Assembly (NCBI GenBank): GCA_965203175.1
Contig: OZ241867.1
Coordinates: 6,515,470 to 6,579,469 of the forward strand
Direction of reading: 5' to 3'
Length of the DNA: 64,000 nucleotides
Source of the DNA: Candidatus Latescibacterota bacterium
Lineage (GTDB): Bacteria > Latescibacterota > UBA2968 > UBA8231
How positions within the stretch are numbered: the stretch's first letter is position 1; each line of letters begins with the position of its first letter. The notes under the pieces are model-generated. The model was not told where the DNA came from and did not search any database. It was given only the letters and a program-made list of their open reading frames with translations. The position numbers were made by a program, and so were the translations under genes. Positions 7,476 to 18,100 of this stretch are shown piece after piece.

Positions 7476-9299
7476 CTACTTCAGCAACAGCATTTGCTTG
7501 CTATCCACAAACGAGCCAGCCCGCAGTTCGTACAGGTACACCCCACTGCCCACGGACTCGCCTTGGGCATCCCGGCCATCCCACTTGATTTCATACGACC
7601 CAGCCTGTAACTCGCCGTCCATCAGGCGGGCTACCAACTGACCGGAGATATTGTAGATGTCGAGGACGACAACTCCGGCCGCTGGAATGGCAAAGCGGAT
7701 CGCAGTTTCGGCATTGAAGGGATTGGGATAGTTGTCGCCTAAGGCATAATCAGACGGCAGGGACGCGCCAGTCAACTCCGCTATCGCAGTAGCTGCATCG
7801 CCGCCGATGACGCCAGTACTCACGTCAAAGGGGAAGTGGACCAGTTCCTGCTGGCCAGTCGGCGCGTACAGACCGTCGTAAGACCCCCCATCAGAGACCC
7901 AGTACAGGTCGGAAGCCAGCCCGGTGGGCATCTTGGGCAAATTGACGTTGAACAGACCGTGCCCATCCGGCCCGAGGACCGTGCCCCAGAAGGGCTGGTT
8001 GAAACCAGAGAAAAAGGCGATGTGGTGCCGGCCGACATTGGCGTGGGTAACGGCCATCTGGTGGTCAAGGCCATCTTCGGCAAAGCCGCGAGCCGTGGCC
8101 TCCTCGCCGAAATAGCGGTCGAGAAAGCCGTCGCCATTGCGGTTGAGCCAGATGAGGTCGCCGTCTAACGTGACATGAGCTGGAAGCGAAATCGGATTGT
8201 ACCACAAACCAGAGACGTAGATCCCGCGGTCGTCCACATCGACTCCCCAAGGACCTTGGCTGCCCGTCTCGTGGAGATAAATCTCGCTCAGATCGAGAAT
8301 ATTGGCGATCTCGCCGGTGGCGCGGTCAACCGAAACAACCGCCGGCACCAGTGGCTCTTCGACATCGCGATTGGCCAGATAGATCATGCCGTCGTCGGCG
8401 ACCCAAGAGTGATGCGAGGCCTGCGACACGGCCGAACTGGCGACGCGGGCGTTGATATGGACATAACCCCGGTCGGCTGCGGCCCAATCCTCGTCCGGCA
8501 GGATCGTGCCGTTGTCTGGGTCGAATTTGACCCGCCACACACCGCTGCCCCGCGCCACGTCAAACTGGGCGTTGTTGGTGATATAGGCGACGTTGGGGTC
8601 GGCCGGGTCGGGCTGGTAGGAACTGACGTCCCAGTACTGAATTTCCTGGCCGTGGCGCTCGTTCATCCAGGGGATCAGAAAGCTTTCATACGCCTCGGGG
8701 TTTTGGAAGTAGTCGAGACCGAGCTCGCCGCGGCGGATCTCCCACTCCGTCCCTTGGTTGGAGGTCCAGACCACGGGCGGATCGACATTGAAATCGACCC
8801 GGTTGGTCATCCAGTACGAATGCGAACTGCCCGGGCCGATCCAAGTGGGATTGGAAATATTGTCCAAGGCGAAGAGGTAGTACGTATAAGTACCGGCCCC
8901 GACCTCGTTGCCGTTGAAGTCCCGGCCGTCCCAAGTGATGGAGTTGGCCCCTTCGCTGAAAGTCTGGCCACCAGAGATGCTGATCAAGGTGTCGAGCCCG
9001 GCGGCGCGCAACATGGCATTGCCCACGCCACCTTCGCCAAAAGCCGCGCCATCGTACTGGGGATTGGCGTCCCGGGAGTACACTGCCAAGTGCACTTCGG
9101 CCGGACCCCCATTGAGCGTGAAGGGCACCTCGACCGAACCGCCGTCAAAGGCGACATCCTCGGAGTCGATAGTGAGGACATTGGGCATGCCGCTACGCCA
9201 ATCGTTGGCGCGATCGAAATTCGGATTGCCGGCCGTGCCCGACTGGGCTAGGGCAGAGCCGACAAAGACCAGAGAAAAGAGCACAGATAACATCTTCAT
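7476..9299 (-). CDS. Secreted protein with N-terminal FlgD-Ig-like domain, propeller-like core and T9SS type-A-like/FlgD C-terminal domain
   Basis: Signal peptide (ALA-Q). ITWDGRDFNGNEVGAGTYTY near the N-terminus. C-terminus NYPNPFNAET..IYNISGQLV..WDGRDAQGESVGSGVYLY..KQMLLLK. Confidence 0.85.
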   Translation of the reverse strand: MKMLSVLFSLVFVGSALAQSGTAGNPNFDRANDWRSGMPNVLTIDSEDVAFDGGSVEVPFTLNGGPAEVHLAVYSRDANPQYDGAAFGEGGVGNAMLRAAGLDTLISISGGQTFSEGANSITWDGRDFNGNEVGAGTYTYYLFALDNISNPTWIGPGSSHSYWMTNRVDFNVDPPVVWTSNQGTEWEIRRGELGLDYFQNPEAYESFLIPWMNERHGQEIQYWDVSSYQPDPADPNVAYITNNAQFDVARGSGVWRVKFDPDNGTILPDEDWAAADRGYVHINARVASSAVSQASHHSWVADDGMIYLANRDVEEPLVPAVVSVDRATGEIANILDLSEIYLHETGSQGPWGVDVDDRGIYVSGLWYNPISLPAHVTLDGDLIWLNRNGDGFLDRYFGEEATARGFAEDGLDHQMAVTHANVGRHHIAFFSGFNQPFWGTVLGPDGHGLFNVNLPKMPTGLASDLYWVSDGGSYDGLYAPTGQQELVHFPFDVSTGVIGGDAATAIAELTGASLPSDYALGDNYPNPFNAETAIRFAIPAAGVVVLDIYNISGQLVARLMDGELQAGSYEIKWDGRDAQGESVGSGVYLYELRAGSFVDSKQMLLLK

Positions 9300-9346
9300 G
9301 AAACTGCCTCCCCTAGGTGATTAGTGTCTGCGAAATGGACGAAATG

Positions 9347-9360
9347 TTGAAATTCATCAA
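9347..9360. promoter_or_regulatory. Possible FNR/CRP-family site upstream of the 9299 gene
   Basis: TTGAA-ATTC-ATCAA, one mismatch to TTGAT-N4-ATCAA, in an AT-rich intergenic region. Confidence 0.3.
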
Positions 9361-9466
9361 AATAGATAACATCAGCGCACAGCTATCCCGTCCACTATAT
9401 AGAAATTAAAGAGATATGTCAAAGTAAAAACTCAGCCCCTGAAAGATCCCTGTTGGCGCAGTTAGT

Positions 9467-11056
9467 CTATTGGATCTGCTTGGAACGGACCAATTCGAGA
9501 AAAGACCGGATGCGCGGATAATCGGGTTGCGATGCGAGTACCTGTTCAAAAGCGGCCTCGGCTTCTGGGTAGCGCTGTAGATCAATCCAGGCCAAACCGA
9601 GGCCAAAACGGGCGTGGACGTGCCCGGGGTCGGTTGCTAGGACTTGCTCAAAGAGCGGCACGGCTTGGGCAGGACGCAGCCCGCGCACGTGGAGCATGCC
9701 CAGTTCGAACTGCGCCTTAGTCCACCCGGGCTCGAGGACCAGAGCCCTCGCAAAGGCCGCGGTGGCCCGCTCGTCGCCTCCAGCTTTGGCATGGGCCTGA
9801 CCCAAGCGCAGGTGGAAGCGCGCCGAATCCGGGGCTAGGGCCACGGCCTGTTCTAGGGCGGCAATGGCTTTGTCCGTCCGCCCCTGCCGGTCATAGACCA
9901 AACCTAGATCGGCGTGAATCCCAACCATGCCCGGCTCGAGGGCCAAGGCTTTTTTGAACTCTTCAATAGCCCGATCGTACTGGCTAGCTTCGGCATAGGC
10001 CACGGCCAAGGCGCGGCGCTCTAGGGCTTTTTCGGGTTGGCGCTGGACCCGCAATTGGGCCATATAGAGCGAGTCTTGTTCGCCTTCTTCGAGGGCGACA
10101 AAGCGCTCCTGCGCGCGCTGGCTGGCGGCGGTGCGGCCCAAGAGTTGGTAGGATCTGGCCAAATTGTAGTACGCCTGTCGGTAGCGCGGTTCGAGAGCGA
10201 TGGCCCGCTCGTACGCCTCCACAGCTTTGGCGGGCGATCCCCGTCGATCCAGCACTCTCCCCAAGTTGTAGAACGCTTCGGCATCCGTGGAGTCGAGCCC
10301 GACGGCCGCCCGCAATGAGACGGCCGCGCTGTCCAAGTCGCCTTTTTCCAGATAGATGGCACCCAAGCGGCGATGCGCTGTCGCTAGACCTATGTCGAGT
10401 TCTAGGGAATGTCTGTACGCGGCTGCGGCCTGGACGGATAGATTCCGCAATTCATAGGTGCGGCCCAGGTTGTAGTGGAAATGGGCATTGGTCGGCTCGA
10501 GATTCACAGCCCTGCTCAGGGAGGCAATAGCCGTGTCGAGATCGGTGTAGCTGAGATTGATCGGTTTATCCGTGGCCGTGGGTGCGCGCCGCGCATAGGC
10601 CACCCCGAGGTGGAAGTGGGCCTCGGCGAATTCCGGAGCCAAGGCCGCGCTTTGCCGCCAGTGCTGGATGGCGTCGTTGTACTTGCCAATCCGCGCGTAC
10701 ACTTGTCCCAAGCCAAAGTGGGCGCGCACACTGGCGGGGTGCTTTCCCAAGGCGGCTTGGTAGAGCGCCACAGCGCGAGCGTATTCGTCCTGCTGGACTA
10801 GGGCTGCGGCCAGATCGCAGTACATCTCGAGATCGGCTCGACCTTCCCGTATGGCCGCCTCTATAGCACCGAGCGGCAGGGCCGACCGGGGACCAGAGCC
10901 ATAGCGAGCGCGCAACTGATCCTGGCGCGCGGATGTCGGCTCGTATTGCTCGTCGGCGCAACCGCTGAGCGAGATGATCGGTAGCGCGAGAAAGAGCCGA
11001 TAAATCCAAGGAGCAGATTGCGGCCTATCACTGCGCTGGCAGAGATCCAGCCGCAT
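9467..11056 (-). CDS. TPR-repeat lipoprotein
   Basis: Lipobox LSGC and more than 10 TPR motifs (AHFGLGQVY, AFYNLGRVL, ARFGLGLAW). Start uncertain: 11056 after GGGAG; track gives 11098. Confidence 0.85.
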   Translation of the reverse strand: MRLDLCQRSDRPQSAPWIYRLFLALPIISLSGCADEQYEPTSARQDQLRARYGSGPRSALPLGAIEAAIREGRADLEMYCDLAAALVQQDEYARAVALYQAALGKHPASVRAHFGLGQVYARIGKYNDAIQHWRQSAALAPEFAEAHFHLGVAYARRAPTATDKPINLSYTDLDTAIASLSRAVNLEPTNAHFHYNLGRTYELRNLSVQAAAAYRHSLELDIGLATAHRRLGAIYLEKGDLDSAAVSLRAAVGLDSTDAEAFYNLGRVLDRRGSPAKAVEAYERAIALEPRYRQAYYNLARSYQLLGRTAASQRAQERFVALEEGEQDSLYMAQLRVQRQPEKALERRALAVAYAEASQYDRAIEEFKKALALEPGMVGIHADLGLVYDRQGRTDKAIAALEQAVALAPDSARFHLRLGQAHAKAGGDERATAAFARALVLEPGWTKAQFELGMLHVRGLRPAQAVPLFEQVLATDPGHVHARFGLGLAWIDLQRYPEAEAAFEQVLASQPDYPRIRSFLELVRSKQIQ

Positions 11057-11516
11057 ACTCCCGATCCTCGGGGAAATCGACAAAGGGATGGGCACCAACT
11101 GAAATCAGCTTGGTCGCCGGGTTCACAGTCAACCGAGCGTATTGCCCAAAGGGACGCCAGCGTTTGGCCGGAGTGTTGTCTATTTTTTCCGGCTCGTTCT
11201 GCGGAGGGTCAAGGCCAATGATGCGAAAAGCCTCGACTTCGTCAAAGGGCTCCATGGCGGCGAAATTATACGTGACATAGACAATTTTGCCCTGCTTGAT
11301 GGCCGCGAAAAGTTTCACTCCCCCAACGTCCTCCCAGCGCATAAAACCCACGTGCTTTTCGGTTTCCTCTCTGTACTGCTTAGGTTCCCCCAAACGCGCC
11401 TGCACCGCCGAGGGAGTGCTGGCCAACAGGGCGTGGGCGTCTAGGGGTCCTTCCGGGGAGCAGGCTAGGCCGAGGAGCAGAACCGTGGCCAACGGACAAA
11501 AACCAGACCATTTCAT
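11028..11516 (-). CDS. Hypothetical lipoprotein
   Basis: Signal peptide with lipobox LGLAC. Overlaps the start of the downstream TPR gene. Confidence 0.75.
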   Translation of the reverse strand: MKWSGFCPLATVLLLGLACSPEGPLDAHALLASTPSAVQARLGEPKQYREETEKHVGFMRWEDVGGVKLFAAIKQGKIVYVTYNFAAMEPFDEVEAFRIIGLDPPQNEPEKIDNTPAKRWRPFGQYARLTVNPATKLISVGAHPFVDFPEDREYAAGSLPAQ

Positions 11517-11634
11517 AGGGGATTGTTCTCTGTGTTGCTCAATGCCTTATCGCCGAATCGGTGCAACAATAGGCGCGTTGGCAGGCTGCGTCAAGGTTGA
11601 CAAATGCAGGGGCGCACTTCAGTTTCGGCCAACT

Positions 11635-13569
11635 ATGAGCAACCAGTCAAAGGGGTTTTTCATCGCCTGCATTGGCCTACTGGCCAGCGCCAGTCTCCAC
11701 ACGGGGTGCGGCGAACTGGGGCAAAAGCCCAATGTCGTAGTATTGCTGGTTGACACCTTGCGCGCCGACCACCTCAAGTGCTACGGGTACCACCGGGACA
11801 CAGCCCCATTCCTCGAAGGACTGGCCCGCCGCGGCGCGGTCTTCACCCAGTGTTACGCTCCCTCGGACTATACTCCGGCTTCCACGGCCTCTTTGTTCAC
11901 GGGGCAGTACCCTCTAGCGCATGGGTATCTCAACTCGCACTACGTCCTCGCCGAGACCCACACCACCATAGCCGAGATATTCCAGCGGCAAGGATATACC
12001 ACCGCGGGATTTATCGCCAATGGCTTGGCCGGCGAGAAGTACCAGATGGACCAGGGCTTTGACCACTACTTTGAAAAGAACAGGGCCTCGGCCGCAGAAT
12101 TGGTTGCCGCGGCATCCGCCTTCATTGAACAACAGGCCGACAAACCCTTTTTCGCGTACCTGCATTTCCTCGATGTCCACGATCCCCACCGGATTCCCCA
12201 AGAATACCACGGCCGCTTCGCCGATCCGACGGATTTTGCCTACGATATGCAAGACACCCTCCAGCTCGACAATTTTGTCATGCAGGCCTGGTGGGAGGCG
12301 GCGCAGGGATGGCGGGATCAGACTGTAGGATCCGACCAAGTCGCAACATATTTTGCCGACTACGTCCAGCTCTACGATGCATCCATTTCCTACTGGGACG
12401 AGCAGTTGGGGGCCTTGCTCGACCTGCTCGCCGTCCAAGGGATCGATGAGCGGACGATCATCGTGGTGACCTCGGATCACGGGGAGCAGTTTCTCGAACA
12501 CGGCTATTTCGGGCACGGCAATTCAGGCTATCAGATTGGCCTACACATCCCCTTTATTATCAGCGATCCACTGCACCCCAACATCGCCGGTCTGCGAGTT
12601 GACAACCTAGTCAATGCCGTCGATATCCTGCCCACCCTGCTGGCCCGGCTCAATTGGCAAATTGCTCCAGCCGTACAGGGGCAGGAGCGCTGGTCTTTGC
12701 TCGCGTCCGACGCGCCAGACGAGTACTCTGAGAGCATTTATACAGAGGGAACCTTCATGGCCAACCGGCCTTTCAGCACCTTGATCCAAACCTATCGGGA
12801 AGGGGAGTGGAAGCTGCTGCTCGATCGCCTGCGGGATACCAAGGAACTCTACCATCTAAAAGAAGATCCGGGCGAACTTCGCGACCGTTTTGCCGAACAG
12901 CCAGAAATCGCCGCCCAACTCTACGGCAAAATCCGCCAGTACTACAACGACAACTTGCAGCTCTTTGAGCAGCAACAACAGTCGCAAATGCAGTTGACAG
13001 AGCAAAAATTGCAGGAGTTGCGAGCCTTGGGTTACATTACAGGGCGCGCCGGGTTGCAAAGGCCGGCGCAGGAATTTTTCCCCATGAAGCCGGTCCGCCT
13101 AGAAAAATTCGGCCCCTTTGGGGACGAGGAGGATCTGGGCAGGTTTTCCCATGCGATCGATTTCTTTCGCGGCCAAGTCACCTGGGGCCAAGTCATCGGT
13201 GGGTACAGCGACAGGGTGGGCCAGCGAGATTCGGCCGGGGTCTGGTTTGATCGGCGGGCGACTTTTCTCCTGCCCAGCCAGCCCGTTGGGCAACGGGTGG
13301 TCGTCGAGCTGACCATTGATCCTATGGGAGGGGCTGACAATCCGACCCAGATCGAAGTTAAATTCAATGAGCAACCTAGCGAAATCTGGGCGCTCAATGG
13401 GGTCGGGCCCTATCGGTTCGAAGCGGCGCTGCCCGCCTTTTTGCAGCAGAGTGCTTTCTTTTATCTGACCATTGAGGCCGACAGCCGCTTCGTCATCCGC
13501 AAAGCAACATCGGTGCGCAACGATATATATGGAGCCATGCGAATTCGCAGATTGTATCTGGAGAGATAA
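11635..13569 (+). CDS. Sulfatase-like (alkaline phosphatase superfamily) lipoprotein with C-terminal extension
   Basis: PNVVVLLVDTLRADHL, TPASTASLFTG, LHFLDVHDP, TSDHGE and LRALGY motifs; lipobox HTGC. Start 11635, because the track's 11287 extension overlaps the divergent gene. Confidence 0.9.
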   Translation: MSNQSKGFFIACIGLLASASLHTGCGELGQKPNVVVLLVDTLRADHLKCYGYHRDTAPFLEGLARRGAVFTQCYAPSDYTPASTASLFTGQYPLAHGYLNSHYVLAETHTTIAEIFQRQGYTTAGFIANGLAGEKYQMDQGFDHYFEKNRASAAELVAAASAFIEQQADKPFFAYLHFLDVHDPHRIPQEYHGRFADPTDFAYDMQDTLQLDNFVMQAWWEAAQGWRDQTVGSDQVATYFADYVQLYDASISYWDEQLGALLDLLAVQGIDERTIIVVTSDHGEQFLEHGYFGHGNSGYQIGLHIPFIISDPLHPNIAGLRVDNLVNAVDILPTLLARLNWQIAPAVQGQERWSLLASDAPDEYSESIYTEGTFMANRPFSTLIQTYREGEWKLLLDRLRDTKELYHLKEDPGELRDRFAEQPEIAAQLYGKIRQYYNDNLQLFEQQQQSQMQLTEQKLQELRALGYITGRAGLQRPAQEFFPMKPVRLEKFGPFGDEEDLGRFSHAIDFFRGQVTWGQVIGGYSDRVGQRDSAGVWFDRRATFLLPSQPVGQRVVVELTIDPMGGADNPTQIEVKFNEQPSEIWALNGVGPYRFEAALPAFLQQSAFFYLTIEADSRFVIRKATSVRNDIYGAMRIRRLYLER

Positions 13570-13578
13570 TTTAAATTC

Positions 13579-14271
13579 GTGGATCTCGTAAGCGAACTCT
13601 GGTACTCCATGGCCTTCACTGGCAAGGCCGTGGTGGTGATCTTGGCCGGCCTGTCCATTTATTCCTATGCGGTCATGGTGGACCGCGGCCTGACTTTGCG
13701 CTGGACCCGGCAGCGTTCGGCCGCTTTTGCCCGTGAAATTGAAGAGGGCGGCCTGATGCTGGGAGAAGTCAAAGCAGTGCAGGAATGCGCCCATCGAGCC
13801 GAGCAAGACGGACATTGCGCTCTGGCTGTGGTGACTTCAGCCGCTCTGGCGGAATACGAGCTATTGGCGGAGGAAGGACAGTCCGATGTGGTAGTGCTGG
13901 AGGCCGTGGACGATGCGCTCGGCCGCTCGCTGGACAGCGTGGTCGCCAATCTGCGGGTCCGGCTCTCCGGCATGGGCACCATTGTCGGGGTCGCGCCCTT
14001 CTTGGGGCTTTTTGGCACCGTGACTGGGTTGATTGCCGCTTTTCGCGGCATTGCCACCACAGGCGGCGGGGGCCTAGCCGAGGTATCGGGCGGGATCTCC
14101 GAAGCCCTAGTCACCACGGTCATCGGCCTGTTTGTCGCCATGCCCGCCCTGTGGGCGTACAATTTTTTTACCAACCGCATTGAGGCCATGTCTCTCGGGC
14201 TGGAAAACAACGCAGCCCGCATCGTCGGCCACGTGGTGCGCCGCGCGCTCAAGGCCAATCGCGTCCCCTAG
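13579..14271 (+). CDS. exbB: MotA/TolQ/ExbB proton channel
   Basis: APFLGLFGTVTGLI..F..GISEALVTTVIGLFVAMPA signature. Confidence 0.9.
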   Translation: MDLVSELWYSMAFTGKAVVVILAGLSIYSYAVMVDRGLTLRWTRQRSAAFAREIEEGGLMLGEVKAVQECAHRAEQDGHCALAVVTSAALAEYELLAEEGQSDVVVLEAVDDALGRSLDSVVANLRVRLSGMGTIVGVAPFLGLFGTVTGLIAAFRGIATTGGGGLAEVSGGISEALVTTVIGLFVAMPALWAYNFFTNRIEAMSLGLENNAARIVGHVVRRALKANRVP

Positions 14272-14279
14272 CAAGTATC

Positions 14280-14708
14280 ATGGCCAGACGCAGCAAGCGC
14301 CGAACTCGCCACGCCGAAGTGCGGCGCAGCCCCATGCCCGACATCACGCCCATCGTCAATGTGGCGCTGGTGCTGTTGATCGTCTTCATGGTGGTCATGC
14401 CGCTCATTCAAGAGGGCATCTTGGTAGAGACGCCCGAAGCCCGCAATGCCCAGGAGATCGTCGAGCAACTCGGCGCAGAGAGTTTGATTCTCTCCATTCA
14501 GGAAGACGGTTCCCTGTACATCAATTTGCACCAAGTGGCGCGGGCCGACCTCAAACGCGAACTGGCCAGGGCCTATCACGGCAAAGAAGGCGAGCCCATC
14601 ATCGTCAAGGGCTCCAAGAATCTACCCTATCGCGAAATACTCGACTTGATGGAAATCTGTCAGGAGATCGGGGCACCGGGGGTGGATTTAATGGTCAAAA
14701 AACCGTAA
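14280..14708 (+). CDS. exbD: ExbD/TolR family protein (conserved TM Asp replaced by Asn)
   Basis: DITPIVNVALVLLIVFMVVMP, followed by a periplasmic domain with LPYREILDLM. Confidence 0.85.
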   Translation: MARRSKRRTRHAEVRRSPMPDITPIVNVALVLLIVFMVVMPLIQEGILVETPEARNAQEIVEQLGAESLILSIQEDGSLYINLHQVARADLKRELARAYHGKEGEPIIVKGSKNLPYREILDLMEICQEIGAPGVDLMVKKP

Positions 14709-14709
14709 C

Positions 14710-15111
14710 ATGGCGCGACGGCACAGAAGGAAATTCGCCCGGGTAGAATCGTCCATGAACGCGACCCCACTGGCGGACGTATCCCTTTCTCTGCTATTGG
14801 GCTTCTTGGTGATCACCCCGATTATTCTGCAAACCTTGGCGACCCAATTGCCCCAGGCAGGCGGAGTCGCTTCGGGGCAAGTTCGCCAAGATCCGAGGGT
14901 CGTTCTCACAGCAGAGGGCGAAATCCTGATCAACGACAAAAAGGTGAGCGAGGAAGAATTGCCAGCTAGGCTAAAGGAACTCTTTCCGCCTGAAGCCGAT
15001 GTGGAGCGTCGGGTCGTGTTTACGGGATCGGGAGAAGTCCCGTACCGGGATGTGATCAACGTACTCGATCTGCTCAAGGAAAACGGCGTCGAAACCATCG
15101 GCATCCGTTGA
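14710..15111 (+). CDS. exbD: ExbD/TolR family protein
   Basis: MNATPLADVSLSLLLGFLVITP and VPYRDVINVLDLLKENGV. Confidence 0.85.
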   Translation: MARRHRRKFARVESSMNATPLADVSLSLLLGFLVITPIILQTLATQLPQAGGVASGQVRQDPRVVLTAEGEILINDKKVSEEELPARLKELFPPEADVERRVVFTGSGEVPYRDVINVLDLLKENGVETIGIR

Positions 15112-15124
15112 GCCTAACTCGCAG

Positions 15125-18100
15125 CTAGCGCAACAACACCATCCGCCGCACCAAGTCCCCACCCAACGTCGCCAAGCGCACGATATAGACTCCACTCGCC
15201 AGATCGGCTCTACCAAACCGCACTGCGTGGCTTCCGGCGTCCAGCGCTTCGTTGATCACGACATCGACCCGCTGCCCTAAGATATCAAAAACCTCCAACC
15301 GCACTGCCATGCGTTCGGGGAGCACAAAGCGGATCTGGGCCGTCGGGTTAAAGGGATTCGGATAGGGCGGATACAGGACGGGCTGACCGGGCAACGACCC
15401 TTGTGAACTCGACTCAGCCTCCACTGCGGTGGCTGAGGGACGGGACACCCCCGGTCCTTGGAAATCAATCCAATTGATGTTGAACAAGCCGTCGTCACCC
15501 GGATTGCGCAGAAAAATAAAAAACAACTCGTGGGTTCCGCCCGGGTCAGCAATAGGTGCCGCCAAGTCGGTATAGACCTGCCAAGCGCCCGTACTGCCCA
15601 CGCGCACCGCGCTAATCGGCGGCCCCTTCAGCGAATCAACGCGAACTTCGATGCGCCCTCCCAGCCCAGCCGAAGCCACCCGATAGTTGAGCGACTCAAT
15701 GCCCTCCAGATTCATGGGCGCAAAGGAAATCCAGTCGCCGTGGGCAATAAAGCCGATATTCTGCCCGCCGCCAGCCTCGTCTCCAGTCGTTTCTAACAGT
15801 ACTCCGCTCTGGCGCGTATAGTGCTCGGCTTGCTTGCGCTTGGGTTGCAGAATGTGGCCCGCCCTACCAGTCAAAGGAGCCACCGACTCCGTACCTCGGT
15901 CTGTATAGCGCGCCTCGATCGTATAAAACAAATCGTCGCCGTCGCCGCCGTGCCCTGCCTCGGTCTGGAAACTACCGCTGCAAGCGCCGTATTCCTCAAG
16001 GGGATGGCTGTGCTCGTCGTGGCCGATAAACGCTTGCAATACCACCCGAGCGCAGTCGGCGGTCCCGTCCTCCTCGTCAAAGGCCCTGACTTCAAAATCG
16101 ACGACTTCTCCCCAGCTAAAAAACCCGCCGTCCGGGGGCCGCACGATCTCCACCTCGGGGACGGTATTGCCGACCGAGATCGGCACTTGCGCCACGCCCT
16201 GGTTGCCCTCGGCGTCGGAGACCATTAGCTGGGCAATGTAGTCGCCGCTTACCTCGTAGGTGAAGACGACCTCTAACCCCGTCGCGTCAATCTCGCCATC
16301 GCCGGTAAAATCCCAAGCGTAGTCTAGCATCGACCCCGGATCGGGATCAAAGGAATTGCGGCCCGAGAAATGCACTTCCAACGGCGCAGCACCATTGGTC
16401 GGCACAGCCTCAATGCGGGGCACCGGTGCCCGCGTACCCCGCACGTAGTCAATCCGCACCACGCGGGCATCGTCGTTGTCGCCCCAAAAGCCGCTACCCC
16501 ATTCCAACACGTACAGCGAGCCATCGGGGCCAAACTGCATGGAGATGGGCCGGATGAATTCCATACTATCCAAAAAGGGATTTATCTTGAGGATGTTCCC
16601 GTCCTCGTCCAACTTGACCTCTTTAATCCAATTGCTAGCCCACTCGTACATAAAGAGCGTGCCGTCGTAGTACTCCGGCAGCTTCTTGTCGCCTGCTGCA
16701 GCATCGTAGTAATACACCGGGCCAGCCAGCGCCGTGCGACCGCTGTCAGCAATGATTTCGGGAAACGCGGACGAAGTGCCATACGGATACCAAACCCACG
16801 CCGCCTGCGCCGGGGGCAACGATTGCAGGCCCGTATTATTGGGCGACAGGTTCCTCAGTGCCCCGCAATCGAAGGGCATACCGGAGCTTTCAGTGGCAAA
16901 ATCGTAGGCCACGTAGGGCTGGTTGTCGCCAATGCAGTAGGGCCAGCCAAAATTGCCCGCCGCCCGTGCCTGATTCCACTCGTCTAGGCCGATCGGCCCC
17001 CGCTGGGGGTCGGCTTGGCGGGCGTCGGGACCCACATCGCCCCAGTAGAGCCAGCCGCTCTTGCGGTCGATCGACAACCGGAAAGGATTGCGCACGCCCA
17101 TGACGTAAATCTCGGGGCGGCCTTCCTCGGCCTCGGCGAACAAATTCCCCGGGGGAATACTGTAGCTACCATCATCTTGAGGCTTGATGCGCAGGATCTT
17201 GCCACGCAGGTCGGCACTGTTGGCCGCCGTGCGCTGAGCGTCCCAATCGCGCCGGTCCGGCCGCTCGTCCAACGGACTGAACCCGTCCGAATCAAAGGGA
17301 TTGGTATTATCGCCGACGCCGATATACAGATTCCCGTCCGGGCCAAACGCCAGTGCCCCGCCCGAGTGGCAGCACGCGCGCCGCTGGGTGGGAATTTCCA
17401 GCAATACGACTTCGGAATCCAAAACCAGTTCATCGCCATCTAATTCAAAACGGGATACATGCTGCTTGGCCTCTTCGCCGTGTGGCGAGTAAAACAAGTA
17501 GAGCCAATTATTGCGGACAAAATCCGGATCTAAGGCAATGCCCAGCAGGCCGTCCTCAAAGTCGGTCGATACCGCTAACTGTCCGGCCAAGCGGGTCAAT
17601 CCTAGATCGGGCCGATATACGTTCAACTCTCCCTTGCGCTCGATGAAGAACACGCGCCCGTCGGGAGCCACGGCCAAATCGATGGGATTTTCAGCCTCGC
17701 TGTCGAGGACGACCTTTGCAAAATTGGTATCCAACGTAACCCCGCAATCGGCCGCAGTTACTCCTGTGGCGTACTCGATCCCGCCAAGGATATGCTGCAT
17801 GAACAGAGGCTCGCCGTAGCTTTCGCGGGTGTGGCCACCGCCGGTGTACCAAGAGCGGCCACCGTCGTAGTCGTGGCACCAAGCAATGGGGTGGTCAAAA
17901 CCGTGATTGCCGCCGTCGTAACTGCCCTCGTCCAAAGTGGCCAAGATGTGGACTCGCCCACGGGGATTGCGGCGGTAATTGTACCACTCGTCGCGCCGCT
18001 CCCAGCGCGCAGACAAATGGCTAGTGGCCGGATGAACTCGGTCGGCCACGTGGATCTGGCCCTGCTGGATGGCCGGATGGCTGTCGAAGTAGGCTCCCAC

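Noticed and set aside
11598-11626. TTGACA-N17-CAGTTT as a possible near-leaderless promoter for the sulfatase-like gene
   Set aside because: The -10 element is poor; cannot be supported without TSS data.
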